From Nitrospiraceae bacterium (GTDB lineage: Bacteria > Nitrospirota > Nitrospiria > Nitrospirales > UBA2166), in contig PBSN01000008.1 of assembly GCA_002726235.1 (NCBI GenBank), forward strand, positions 164,643 through 228,642: 64,000 nt of DNA, written 5' to 3'. Of this stretch, positions 9,857 to 19,861 are shown one piece after another. Both the position numbers and the translations under genes were made by a program. Within the stretch, counting starts at the first letter, position 1. The number at the start of each line of letters is the position of its first letter. The notes under the pieces are model-generated. The model did no database searches. It saw only the letters and a list, made by a program, of their open reading frames with translations, and had not been told where the DNA came from.

Positions 9857-10624
9857 GTGGCTGCTGAGTTCTTATGCCACGCACGCTACCGCATCTCTTC
9901 ACTTTCTGGGATTCTGATTGTGGCTGAGGAATATGGTCTTTCGGTACGTGAATTTAAACGTCGTGTATTGGAAGGTGTAGCCAGGGCGGTACGAGAAGGT
10001 GTTGGCGTGTACTACTCTACTACGGAAGATGAGTTTGCGACACGTGAATATAGTAAGTCTGCTGTGTTGATTGTTCACGATGATTCTGCTGGACAACGGC
10101 ATTTTAGGTCTATGACGTTGCGACAACAGCCTCTGACTTCACAGTATGTTGAATTTATGGCCACAGGATTGCTTCGACTGAGCACGAGGCTTCTTAGTCT
10201 GAAGGATGAAAAGATAGAAGGTCCGCAGATACGGGCTAAGGCACGGCAACTGGAGGCACTCGCCATTCGTATTCGCAAAGTCTTTGGTGAGGTACAGCGC
10301 GAGCATGGTGAGGAAAGTCTCTATTTGAACGCACTGTCTCTTGTAAACGTGGGTGAGTTTGACGTCTCGGTTCCAGTGACTCGGCAGAAAATAGAAGTAC
10401 CGTTGATGGAATTGGTCATGAAGCTCATGGGCGGCGCACCTGATGTGATGGAATTTGTGAAACGAGTGGTCGATGCTCTTCCCGAAGGTTCTCTCACCGA
10501 GGAGGTTGTGCTTGGGACCGTCGAAAATGTTGCCGTTGACCATGATCCGCCAGAAATTGTCGATGAAACGCGCTGTGCTGCACAAGTGGTGTATGGGGGG
10601 TTGGCACGGTGGGAGGCTTCTTGA
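9857..10624 (+). CDS. Hypothetical cytoplasmic protein
   Basis: 255-codon ORF filling the gap after hpnH; protein-like composition; no family recognised; start uncertain. Confidence 0.7.
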   Translation: MAAEFLCHARYRISSLSGILIVAEEYGLSVREFKRRVLEGVARAVREGVGVYYSTTEDEFATREYSKSAVLIVHDDSAGQRHFRSMTLRQQPLTSQYVEFMATGLLRLSTRLLSLKDEKIEGPQIRAKARQLEALAIRIRKVFGEVQREHGEESLYLNALSLVNVGEFDVSVPVTRQKIEVPLMELVMKLMGGAPDVMEFVKRVVDALPEGSLTEEVVLGTVENVAVDHDPPEIVDETRCAAQVVYGGLARWEAS

Positions 10625-10800
10625 GTCTCTGGTTATTTCTCCCTTTCGCTAACCTACGTGCGGTGTAGTGTTGAGGAATCGGACTCTAATGCCGACACTG
10701 TGTGTTTCCATTGATGTGGCTTTGTTGCTTTTCTGGAGACGCTGACTTATACTAAAACGCCGTTGTACTTACCCCTTACAGTCAAACAGGGAGATCTACC

Positions 10801-11055
10801 ATGTTCGGAAGTTTAGGATTTACAGAGCTTATTCTCATTCTTTTCATCGTCCTTGTCATTTTCGGTGCTGGAAAGCTTCCCCAACTTGGTGAAGGGATTG
10901 GAAAAGCGATTAAGGGCTTTAAACGGTCTGTCCATGATGAACCAGCGATTGATGTGAATGCTGACGCATCGAGTGCAGATCAAGGTGAGAGCACGCAATC
11001 CGATACGGCGGCTCCGCAGCAAGAGACTTCTCGTCCCACCTCATCGAATACTTGA
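10801..11055 (+). CDS. tatA: Twin-arginine translocase TatA/E subunit
   Basis: GFTELILILFIVLVIFGAGKLPQLGEGIGKAIKGFK; GGGAG ribosome-binding site. Confidence 0.95.
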   Translation: MFGSLGFTELILILFIVLVIFGAGKLPQLGEGIGKAIKGFKRSVHDEPAIDVNADASSADQGESTQSDTAAPQQETSRPTSSNT

Positions 11056-11066
11056 TCTTCTTTACC

Positions 11067-11101
11067 ACTTGACCCATCTGATGTGATGTCTGGGGTCAAG
11101 T
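11067..11101 (+). terminator. Stem-loop after tatA
   Basis: ACTTGACCC...GGGTCAAGT inverted repeat 12 nt after the stop; weak U tract. Confidence 0.45.
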
Positions 11102-11252
11102 TCCTGTCTCACCAAAGTCTTACCCCAATGCAGTGATTGCGGTTGCGGCATGCTCGCTTGGTCTCTATCTAGGGTCGTTCTGGCATCAGTGTTCCGAGAA
11201 GGATATTTGTTGGAAACAGCAGACTACATGATAAGTCCGGTATATCGGTATA

Positions 11253-12350
11253 ATGGTGACTGTGAGCGTGATGACCAATAGCCTACGTATTGCCGTAGCG
11301 ATCATTCTCCTTCCTCTCTTCAGTAGTGGTTGTCAACAAGAGGAAGCTGAGGAGTCTCCTCGGCGGTCACATTCTTCGCCTGTCAAAGTTGCATCGGTAG
11401 TTGTCAAAGAGGTTCAACAGTCTGTTACGCTTGTCGGAACAGTTGAACCTTGGAAGCGAAGTCTTGTCGCAAGCGAGATTGAGGGTTTGGTTGAAGAATA
11501 CCCGCTGAATGAAGGCGATGTTGTTCAAGAGGGTGAACTGCTTGCACGCCTTCGGACCGACACGATTGACATTCAGATGAAGGAAGCATTGGCTCGACGC
11601 CGGGAAGGGATTGCGCGATATCGAAAGGCAAAGTTTCAGCTCAACCGTACGAAAGCATTGTTGCGAACGGGTACGGCATCCCGGCAACAGTTTGAGGACG
11701 ATGAAGCGGAAGAGCTTGCTCTTCATGAGCGATTGACTCAACTAGAATCACAGATCCGGGAATATCAAGATCAATTGCGGATGGCGAAGATTCTTGCTCC
11801 GTTTGCTGGGTGGATTATCGAAGAACATTCTGAACTTGGACAATGGGTTGAGAAAGGCGGACCTGTGGTGGAGATGCTGGATCTGTCGCATGTGCAAGTT
11901 GAGGTGCCACTTCCGGAACGCTATGTGAACGGAGTGAAGCTTGGAGATTCCGTCATCGTGCATTTTGATGCCGTGCCGTTGATAGAGTTTTCCGGGACGA
12001 TTTTTTCTATCGTTGCACAGGCTGATCCAGAGACGAGAACTTTTCCGATTAGAATTGATGTTCCGAACCCAGAGGGACGAATCAAAAGCGGTATGTTCTC
12101 CCGAATTACGCTGGCAGTTGGCCGGCCTTATCAGGCGATGCTGGTTCCAAAGGATGCGGTGGTTCTGCGAGGTGGAACGGAGTTTGTTGTTGTCGTCAAC
12201 GAAGGAACGGTCACTCAGGTGCCTGTTCAATTAGGCCAACATGTTGATCACTCAGTCGAAGTCACTGGTAATCTAAGTGAAGGAATGAATGTTGTCGTTC
12301 AAGGCAACGAACGTCTATTGACCGGGCAACAGGTTACAATTCTTCAGTAG
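11253..12350 (+). CDS. RND efflux periplasmic adaptor (lipoprotein)
   Basis: Lipobox SSGC, lipoyl-like halves (EGDVVQEGELL, ILAPFAG), DPETRTF, GMF; upstream of the RND permease. Confidence 0.93.
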   Translation: MVTVSVMTNSLRIAVAIILLPLFSSGCQQEEAEESPRRSHSSPVKVASVVVKEVQQSVTLVGTVEPWKRSLVASEIEGLVEEYPLNEGDVVQEGELLARLRTDTIDIQMKEALARRREGIARYRKAKFQLNRTKALLRTGTASRQQFEDDEAEELALHERLTQLESQIREYQDQLRMAKILAPFAGWIIEEHSELGQWVEKGGPVVEMLDLSHVQVEVPLPERYVNGVKLGDSVIVHFDAVPLIEFSGTIFSIVAQADPETRTFPIRIDVPNPEGRIKSGMFSRITLAVGRPYQAMLVPKDAVVLRGGTEFVVVVNEGTVTQVPVQLGQHVDHSVEVTGNLSEGMNVVVQGNERLLTGQQVTILQ

Positions 12351-12430
12351 CGATCAGGGTACGATTCTCGAATTGGCATCACGCTGTGGAAAAATAAGTG
12401 TGAGGCTGCATTGCTGCTCACTATTTATTC

Positions 12431-15400
12431 ATGAAACTCGTTAATTTCGCGATCCGAAATCCGGTGAGTGTCACCGTGTGGGTGCTCTTCATCGCGCTGT
12501 TCGCGATCGTCTCCATTTTTCGCCTTCCGATCCAACTTGCGCCTGACGTCGAAAAGCCAGAGATTACGGTGGAGACGGATTGGTTTGGGGCGAGTCCGCA
12601 GGAAGTTGAACGAGAAATTATCGATGAACAAGAGGAAGAACTTCGAGGGGTTGAAGGCCTAGAGAAAATGTTTAGTGAAAGTTCGGATGGAGGGGGGCGC
12701 ATTATTTTGCGGTTTCCGGCCGGCACGGATATGGATACAGCGCTTCTTCGGGTCGATAATCGCTTGAATCAGGTCGAAGAGTATCCGATCGACGTGGATA
12801 AGCCCGTTATTACGAGTGCTGATGTCAGGGGTAGTGCGATTGCATGGTTTATTGTAGAGCCGGTCCAAGGGAATCCAGTTGATATTCAGACCATGCGCAA
12901 TTTTATTGAAGATATGGTGAAGCCGCGATTCGAGCGCGTACCTGGCGTTGCAATTTCCAATGTTTATGGAGGACAAGAGCGCGAGATACAGGTTCTTGTT
13001 GATCCCGCCAAGCTTGCGGCTCGCTCAATTACCATGTTGCAGCTTGCGCAGGCCGTCGATCGCGAAAATCGCAACTATAGCGGCGGTGATTTCGATGAAG
13101 GGAAACGCAGCTACGTAGTGCGAACGGTCGGGGAGTATCCGAATCCGAAAGCGGTTGAGAATGTAGTGATTGCGCAAATGGATGGGGCACCTGTTTATGT
13201 TCGTGACGTTGGGACTGTCCACGTTGGATACAAAGATCCTCAGACCGTGGTGCGAGAGATGGGCAGAACCGCGATCGCTGTTAACGCCATTCGCGAAATC
13301 GGGGCCAATATTCTTGACACAATGGATGGATTGAAAGAGGCGTTGCATGAGTTGAACGAGGGTGCATTAAATACTCGAGGGCTGCACATCTACCAAGTCT
13401 ACGATGAAACAATTTATGTCAACAGTTCTCTTGATCTTGTCAAGCAGAACTTGGTGATTGGAAGTCTTCTCGCGGTTATGGTGTTGTTCCTATTTTTGCG
13501 AACCGGAAGCAGTACCTTGGTGGTGGGAGTTGCGATTCCGATTAGCATTATGGGGACGTTTATCATGTTATGGGTGCTGGGACGTAACTTGAACGTGGTG
13601 AGTTTAGCGGGCATGACGTTTGCCGCAGGGATGCTCGTCGACAACGCTATCGTGGTACTGGAAAACATCTACCGCCACCGAGAATCGGGAAAGTCGCTGT
13701 TCCAAGCGGCCTATGATGGGACAGTTGAAGTATGGGGAGCGGTACTGGCGAGTACGCTGACCACGATTGCGGTGTTTGTGCCGATCATTTTCGTTGAGGA
13801 ACAGGCAGGGCAACTTTTTCGAGATATTGCCATTGCTATTAGTGCAGGTGTGGGTCTCAGCCTCCTGGTATCAATCCTAGTCGTCCCGACGCTTTCGGCG
13901 CGTGTTCTTACGACGGCAAGTGTGCGGGAAGACAGCAAATCGCAGGGTTCAAAATTGGACCGTGGAGGGCTACGCCAGAAGATGCCATCCATTCCTGATC
14001 AGTTAGCGTACTTGGTGCACTGGTTGTGTGGTGGAGTTGTCCGGCGTGTGGTACTCGTTGGTGGGCTTACTGCACTGGCGATTAGTATGGGTTGGGCATT
14101 GCTTCCGAAGGCGGAATATCTTCCGGAAGGGAATCGAAATTTGGTGATGGGTGTACTTCTTCCACCGCCAGGCTATAACACGGATGAATTTATCGAAATG
14201 GGTAAAACAATTGAGGCGGTTCTTATGCCACATTGGGAGGTCAAGCCGGGTTCTCCTGAGGAAGCTGCGCTAGACGGACCAAGTATCTTAAACTTTTTCT
14301 ATGTTGCGCGAGGGCGACAGGTATTTCTTGGGGGGAGAACAAACGATCCTTCAAAAATACGGGACTTAATTCCATTATATCGAAAAGCAACACGTGATCT
14401 TCCAGGCGTTATTCCGATTATCAAGCAACGTGGGTTGTTTGAACGTGGCCTTGCCGGTGGAAGAACGATCGAGCTTGAAATCACTGGTCCTGACTTGAAC
14501 ATTCTTTTGATGCATGGAGGCAATATCTTTCGGCAGGTGAAGGCACTTATTCCAAGCGCTCAGGTTCAGCCAGTGCCAAGCCTTGATCTTGGAAGTCCAG
14601 AAGTTCAAGTGGTGTTAAAGCGTGATCGTGCCGCGGATGTGCAGATGACGAACCAGGAGTTGGGTTTTACGGTTGATGCGTTGGTGGATGGTGCGAGAGC
14701 GAGCGACTTTCAGTTTGAAGGTGATGAAATCGACCTCACCATACGGGGAGAAGATCAGTATGCAACCAGAACGCAAGATCTCGCCCACCTCCCACTGTAT
14801 GCGCCAGGAGGGCAACTAACAACACTTGGCGCGATTGCGGAGATCGATGTGGTGGCCGGACCAGAACAAATCAACCATATCGAGCAAAAACGATCGATCA
14901 TGATTCGAGTCGTTCCCCCAGATGAAATGCCAATTGAAGAAGCCATGGACTTAATTGATGAGCAGGTAATTGTCCCGTTAGAGACCAGTGGGACGTTAGG
15001 GCGATTATACGCATTGACGATTTCGGGAACTGCCGACGACCTTACATTGACCTACCAAGCCTTAAAGTGGAATTTTCTTCTTGCACTTATCATCACCTAT
15101 CTTCTCATGGCCTCTCTTTTTGAGAGTTTTCTGTATCCATTTGTCATCATCTTTAGTGTGCCGCTAGCTGCGGCTGGCGGTTTGCTTGGATTGTTCTTGG
15201 TGAGCAATTTGGTAACGTATCAAGCACTCGACGTTCTTACCATGCTTGGTTTTATTATTCTCATCGGGGTGGTGGTGAATAATGCCATTCTCATTGTCCA
15301 TCAAGCGCTCAATCTTATGTATCCTGATCGATTGCAGAATGCATCAGACGGCATCGAATCCACAAAAAAAGGCCTTTCTATCCGTGATGCCATCAGTGAG

Positions 15401-15634
15401 TCTGTTCGCATTCGCGTCCGGCCTATTTTTATGAGCATGATGACGACGGTGTTTGGATTGTTGCCGCTGATTCTGGCAACTGGGCCAGGCTCGGAACTTT
15501 ACCGTGGCATTGGCAGCGTGGTGCTTGGAGGATTGGTGGTTTCGACAATATTTACGCTACTGCTTGTTCCTTCTTTGTTTAGCCTCGCTATGGATGTGCG
15601 GAGAAAGTGGTCTGACGCTCCGGCTCATTCGTGA
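12431..15634 (+). CDS. RND efflux permease (AcrB/MdtB-like)
   Basis: 1067 aa; GASPQEVE, GMLVDNAIVVLENI, GVVVNNAILI, RVRPIFM. Confidence 0.95.
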   Translation: MKLVNFAIRNPVSVTVWVLFIALFAIVSIFRLPIQLAPDVEKPEITVETDWFGASPQEVEREIIDEQEEELRGVEGLEKMFSESSDGGGRIILRFPAGTDMDTALLRVDNRLNQVEEYPIDVDKPVITSADVRGSAIAWFIVEPVQGNPVDIQTMRNFIEDMVKPRFERVPGVAISNVYGGQEREIQVLVDPAKLAARSITMLQLAQAVDRENRNYSGGDFDEGKRSYVVRTVGEYPNPKAVENVVIAQMDGAPVYVRDVGTVHVGYKDPQTVVREMGRTAIAVNAIREIGANILDTMDGLKEALHELNEGALNTRGLHIYQVYDETIYVNSSLDLVKQNLVIGSLLAVMVLFLFLRTGSSTLVVGVAIPISIMGTFIMLWVLGRNLNVVSLAGMTFAAGMLVDNAIVVLENIYRHRESGKSLFQAAYDGTVEVWGAVLASTLTTIAVFVPIIFVEEQAGQLFRDIAIAISAGVGLSLLVSILVVPTLSARVLTTASVREDSKSQGSKLDRGGLRQKMPSIPDQLAYLVHWLCGGVVRRVVLVGGLTALAISMGWALLPKAEYLPEGNRNLVMGVLLPPPGYNTDEFIEMGKTIEAVLMPHWEVKPGSPEEAALDGPSILNFFYVARGRQVFLGGRTNDPSKIRDLIPLYRKATRDLPGVIPIIKQRGLFERGLAGGRTIELEITGPDLNILLMHGGNIFRQVKALIPSAQVQPVPSLDLGSPEVQVVLKRDRAADVQMTNQELGFTVDALVDGARASDFQFEGDEIDLTIRGEDQYATRTQDLAHLPLYAPGGQLTTLGAIAEIDVVAGPEQINHIEQKRSIMIRVVPPDEMPIEEAMDLIDEQVIVPLETSGTLGRLYALTISGTADDLTLTYQALKWNFLLALIITYLLMASLFESFLYPFVIIFSVPLAAAGGLLGLFLVSNLVTYQALDVLTMLGFIILIGVVVNNAILIVHQALNLMYPDRLQNASDGIESTKKGLSIRDAISESVRIRVRPIFMSMMTTVFGLLPLILATGPGSELYRGIGSVVLGGLVVSTIFTLLLVPSLFSLAMDVRRKWSDAPAHS

Positions 15635-15656
15635 GAACCTACGGAGAATAGAAATT

Positions 15657-16304
15657 TTACGAAGACGTATGAAGTGAAGAGTGTAAGTTTATGTCTTTTC
15701 CGTTGCGACACATGAACGTCGCCTGCCACTTCAATCGTCCTCTCTGTTTTTTTAATACACCGTTCACCGAATACGAATGTGTTTGCTCTTGCCCGTGAGG
15801 TTTGATTGTCACTTCAAATCTGTGGATCACTGCATACCCATTGTGGGCTTCATAGTCATCGATGAATGCCTGGACGAGGAATGCTCGTTCCTGTGGACTT
15901 TTAAAAAACGGAGCTGGCAGAACAGGCATCTTGAGAAGCTCTTCAAGTGGGTGATTAAAATGGCGGGACGCACTGTTGCTGATCATATCAGGTTTGGCGA
16001 TTAGTAACGCTTCCACGGTGGGTTGTTCTGGATATGCGACGAAAATATAGGGTACGGCATCTTTGATAAAGTCGTGTTCGGCAACCCGTTGATTGATGCG
16101 CATTGCTGTTCGGGAAATGAAAAATGGTGGAATGAACGGCACGAGAAAAACCAGGTATTTAAACGGAGGCCAGATCTCCATGAGGGCCTGGACCACTTGC
16201 AGTAACATGATGATGCTTGTTCCCACAACAAGAGTTGCTCTTATGGGTTTGGATACGATCTGCTCGAGTGTGTGTTGAACGATTCCTGATGATTGTGTAG
16301 CCAT
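15657..16304 (-). CDS. Hypothetical membrane protein: two TM segments plus a PAS-like domain
   Basis: Two hydrophobic helices, then SNSASRHFNHPLEELL...FFKSPQER...FEVTIKPHG pattern. Confidence 0.6.
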   Translation of the reverse strand: MATQSSGIVQHTLEQIVSKPIRATLVVGTSIIMLLQVVQALMEIWPPFKYLVFLVPFIPPFFISRTAMRINQRVAEHDFIKDAVPYIFVAYPEQPTVEALLIAKPDMISNSASRHFNHPLEELLKMPVLPAPFFKSPQERAFLVQAFIDDYEAHNGYAVIHRFEVTIKPHGQEQTHSYSVNGVLKKQRGRLKWQATFMCRNGKDINLHSSLHTSS

Positions 16305-16323
16305 GAGGTCTCGTTTCTGCGGC

Positions 16324-17700
16324 TTATGAGTCGAATTCCAAGAGGCCAACCGCGTTGAGGAAGATCAGGGCTACGAACACTGGTGCGATATACCGCAGGG
16401 TTATCTGCCATGCTGAATATAAAGTTCCATCGCCGAGAGCAAGTTCATCAACGGTTGATTTATGCGACATCAACCATGATGCAAACACTGCCATCAACAA
16501 TCCACCGAGGGGAAGCAGAATGTTCGCGGTAAACCCTTCCACGATATCAAAAAACGTTAGTCCGAAAATGGTAATTCCGGCCCAGACATTAAGTGAAAGT
16601 AGGCAGCCTATTCCGATAAACCACGCAAGCATGCCGGAACTTAGTGTTGCCATGATACGGGTCATGCCGTGGTTTTCTACCAACCACGTTACTGCTGGTT
16701 CAAGAAGCGAAATTGCCGATGTCAGTGCAGCAAACACAAGCAAGATGAAGAAGAGGGTTCCGACAAGCTGACCGAATGGCATTTGGCCAAAGGCAATGGG
16801 TAATGTTTTGAAAATCAATCCGGAGCCTTCGGATGGCTCTAATGCATAGGTAAACACGATGGGGAAAATTGCCATGCCGGCGAGAATCGCAATGAATGTA
16901 TCAATGAACGCGATAGTACAGGAGGTGTTTGCGATCGACGTTTGTTGGGGCAGGTATGCCCCATAAATCATGATGGCTCCCATGCCAAGACTGAGACTGA
17001 AGAATGCCTGTCCGAGAGCGATGAACACACCTGCCGCACTGATTTTGCTAAAATCTGGGGTGAATAGGTACACGAGTCCATCGATGAATTTTTCTGTAGT
17101 CATGGCATAGCCGACCAACACGATGAGGATGATGAACAGTGTCGGCATCAAAAATCGTACTGTTCGCTCGAGGCCTCCGGTTACGCCGCGGGATACCACC
17201 ATAATTGTCAACGCCATAAAAACAGTATGCCAGGCGAGAAGTTGTTTTGGGTCTGATATTAACTGTGTGAATATGGTTCTCGCACCTTCAGTGGTTGTGC
17301 CGTTGAAGGTTCCGGTTGCGGCGTGTACAACGTATGCAAGCGTCCAACCTGCGACTACGCTGTAAAAGGTTAAAACGAGGAATCCTGCTACGATACCCAT
17401 CCACCCAATACATTGCCACCATTCGCTTCGTCCTTCTTCTCGAGCCAGGGTTAGCATGGTGTTAATTGGCGTTTGTCTGCCGCGACGGCCAAGCATGACT
17501 TCTGCCATCATGATCGGAATTCCTACCACGAGAACACAGAGAACGTAGATGAAAAGAAATGCTCCGCCGCCGTTTTCTCCGGTGATATAGGGGAATCGCC
17601 AAATGTTTCCTAATCCTACAGCTGAACCGGTTGCCGCAAGAATAAATGTCCAGCGGGATGACCACTGTCCATGTATGGATTCTCGTCTTTCAGTCAGCAT
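16324..17700 (-). CDS. Sodium-dependent transporter, NSS (LeuT-like) family
   Basis: WSSRWTFILAATGSAVGLGNIWRFPY, GGGAF, QAFFSLSLGMG. Confidence 0.95.
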   Translation of the reverse strand: MLTERRESIHGQWSSRWTFILAATGSAVGLGNIWRFPYITGENGGGAFLFIYVLCVLVVGIPIMMAEVMLGRRGRQTPINTMLTLAREEGRSEWWQCIGWMGIVAGFLVLTFYSVVAGWTLAYVVHAATGTFNGTTTEGARTIFTQLISDPKQLLAWHTVFMALTIMVVSRGVTGGLERTVRFLMPTLFIILIVLVGYAMTTEKFIDGLVYLFTPDFSKISAAGVFIALGQAFFSLSLGMGAIMIYGAYLPQQTSIANTSCTIAFIDTFIAILAGMAIFPIVFTYALEPSEGSGLIFKTLPIAFGQMPFGQLVGTLFFILLVFAALTSAISLLEPAVTWLVENHGMTRIMATLSSGMLAWFIGIGCLLSLNVWAGITIFGLTFFDIVEGFTANILLPLGGLLMAVFASWLMSHKSTVDELALGDGTLYSAWQITLRYIAPVFVALIFLNAVGLLEFDS

Positions 17701-17790
17701 GATTATTTTGTTGGTGTGCGCTCAATGAGGGCTGTGGAGCACAGTATTCAATTATGTTGAAGATAGCAAGATAGGCCATTGCCATGAACG

Positions 17791-18675
17791 ATGCCTGAAC
17801 TTCCAGAAGCAGAATGTGTCGTACGCTGTCTGCGTGGGCGTATTCTCGGGTCAACCATCACGTCAATCTGGGTTGGGAGATGTGATATTGTACGCCATGG
17901 TATTGACTCATTGGACTGGTACACCGGGGCGCAGATTGTGGAGATTGAACGTAAGGGAAAATGCGTGGTGTTTGCGGCGTGTCGTGGGGGCAATACGAGG
18001 TATGTGGTTGCGGAACTTGGCATGAGTGGTCTATTGCTATTCAGCAAAACAGCTCAACCGCTTCCGCAACATACTCACCTTATTCTGAAGTTAGGTGGGG
18101 CAGAACCTGAAGTTCGCTACTGGAACGCACGTCGGTTTGGACGTGTTCATCTGTATGATCGTTCGGGAGTTGACCATTTTCTTAACTCAAGGTATGGCCC
18201 GGACCCGCTCTCCCTCTCGTTTGATTTGTTTGCCTCCATTCTTCGCGGTCGGAGGGGACGATTGAAGGCGTTGCTTATGCATCAGAAGGTCATTGCTGGG
18301 ATAGGGAATATTTATGCGAATGAAATTTTGTTTGACGCACGACTGCATCCACAGTGCCAGGCGGACCAATTGAGTTTTCATGAACAACGTCGTCTTTTCG
18401 CTTCAATGAACGTGGTATTGCGTGGTGCGATCGCAGAAGGTGGATCTTCGGTCCAGAATTTTAAGATTCCTGATGGTAGGCGCGGAATGTTTCAAATGCA
18501 TCATTTAGTGTATCGCAAAGAAGGCTTTGCGTGCCCCTCGGGATGTGGGAGCATAATTCGTCGTTTCACTACGGAGCGAAGCTCGTTTGTATGCGTGAAA
18601 TGTCAGCGCCTTCCTCGGCGAAGGCGCGATGGTACTCGGAAGCTATCTCGGATTGTGAAATCAAGTAATCAATAA
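17791..18675 (+). CDS. mutM: Formamidopyrimidine-DNA glycosylase
   Basis: MPELPE, RKGK, GMSG, RRFG, GIGNIYANE, C-terminal zinc finger. Confidence 0.92.
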   Translation: MPELPEAECVVRCLRGRILGSTITSIWVGRCDIVRHGIDSLDWYTGAQIVEIERKGKCVVFAACRGGNTRYVVAELGMSGLLLFSKTAQPLPQHTHLILKLGGAEPEVRYWNARRFGRVHLYDRSGVDHFLNSRYGPDPLSLSFDLFASILRGRRGRLKALLMHQKVIAGIGNIYANEILFDARLHPQCQADQLSFHEQRRLFASMNVVLRGAIAEGGSSVQNFKIPDGRRGMFQMHHLVYRKEGFACPSGCGSIIRRFTTERSSFVCVKCQRLPRRRRDGTRKLSRIVKSSNQ

Positions 18676-18949
18676 TCGCCTCTTCGGTTACTCGATTTTG
18701 GATTTCCGCTCCGTACGATTGCACCATTTTTCTGACCGTTTTTGCCCAGAGAGTCTGTGTCTGTTCCCGGGTGAGGCGTGGTTGCATCGCAACGTAATCC
18801 AAGTTATGGCAGGTGGTGCAATAAGTCTCGATGAGCCGTTGTCCCTGGGGAGGTACATCCTCAAGCGTTTGCGCACCCACGTGTAGCGGCAAAAGCATCC
18901 ATAGGGATACAAACATGCAAAGTCTTGTTCTCTTCAGCTGGTGTTTCAT
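18569..18949 (-). CDS. Exported monoheme cytochrome c (SorB-like)
   Basis: Signal peptide ending VGA-Q, CTTCH, WAKTVRKMVQSYGA, IIDYL; start uncertain. Confidence 0.82.
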   Translation of the reverse strand: MKHQLKRTRLCMFVSLWMLLPLHVGAQTLEDVPPQGQRLIETYCTTCHNLDYVAMQPRLTREQTQTLWAKTVRKMVQSYGAEIQNRVTEEAIIDYLISQSEIASEYHRAFAEEGADISRIQTSFAP

Positions 18950-19029
18950 GGCCACAGCGTTACCTGTCAAGTGAAGTTGATCAGTCATGGCTCTGGTGGT
19001 AGAGTGCCTCAATTGGTGCGGGTTTGGCA

Positions 19030-19626
19030 ATGTTCTGTGGAATTGTTGAAGAAATAGGTGTCATAAGTGGGAGCACTGGTGGACCGCAAGGTGCTCGGTT
19101 GACCATTCAAGGAACGGCGGTGCACGAGGGGCTTCGTGAAGGCGAGAGTGTTGCGGTGAGCGGCGTTTGTTTAACAGTGACCACTGTCAATACGGATCGG
19201 TTTGCTGTCGATGTCTCTCCGGAAACCTTAAGGGTGACAACCTTTGGCACTTTAAGTATTGGGGCTTTGGTCAATCTTGAGCGTTCAATGACGCTTGATC
19301 AGCGTATTGATGGACATCTTGTCAGTGGACACGTTGATGGTATCGGAACCATTGTAGAGCGCAATGATGTTGGCAATTCCATTGTATTCCAGATCTCTGT
19401 GGATAAGGGAATTATGCGGCATTGTATCGTCAAGGGTTCAGTGGCGGTGGATGGAGTCAGCCTGACAATCAATCAGATCTTAAGGAGTGCCTTTGAGGTT
19501 GCGATTATCCCGCATACGGCAGAGATGACCACGTTCGGGTCGAAAAACGTTGGGGATTCAGTCAATATCGAAACTGATATGATCGGAAAATATATCGAGC
19601 GTTTGTACATCTCCTCGAGGTATTGA
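19030..19626 (+). CDS. ribE: Riboflavin synthase alpha chain
   Basis: MFCGIVE, SVAVSGVCLTV, VNLER, GHLVSGHVDG, KGSVAVDGVSLT. Confidence 0.96.
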   Translation: MFCGIVEEIGVISGSTGGPQGARLTIQGTAVHEGLREGESVAVSGVCLTVTTVNTDRFAVDVSPETLRVTTFGTLSIGALVNLERSMTLDQRIDGHLVSGHVDGIGTIVERNDVGNSIVFQISVDKGIMRHCIVKGSVAVDGVSLTINQILRSAFEVAIIPHTAEMTTFGSKNVGDSVNIETDMIGKYIERLYISSRY

Positions 19627-19861
19627 GCGATAGGTTTGTTCAGTAACAACTCAGCTTACTCCATTTTTGCTCAGGACGGTGTTGGTGTGTTGTTCGCCTC
19701 ACGCACTTTCTGATGCACTTCTCGTGCCTTGTACTCGACCACGCATAATTGAGGCAATCTGAGTTGCTACCTTAAACCGTTTTCTCCTCTGCCTTCTGGT
19801 CGAGACTTTTCGATTGCAGGTGCAGAGCCTCGTAGCACAACTTGCTTTTCCTAGCATATTA

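Noticed and set aside
18950..19030. FMN riboswitch before ribE
   Set aside because: The space is too short and the conserved RFN segments are absent
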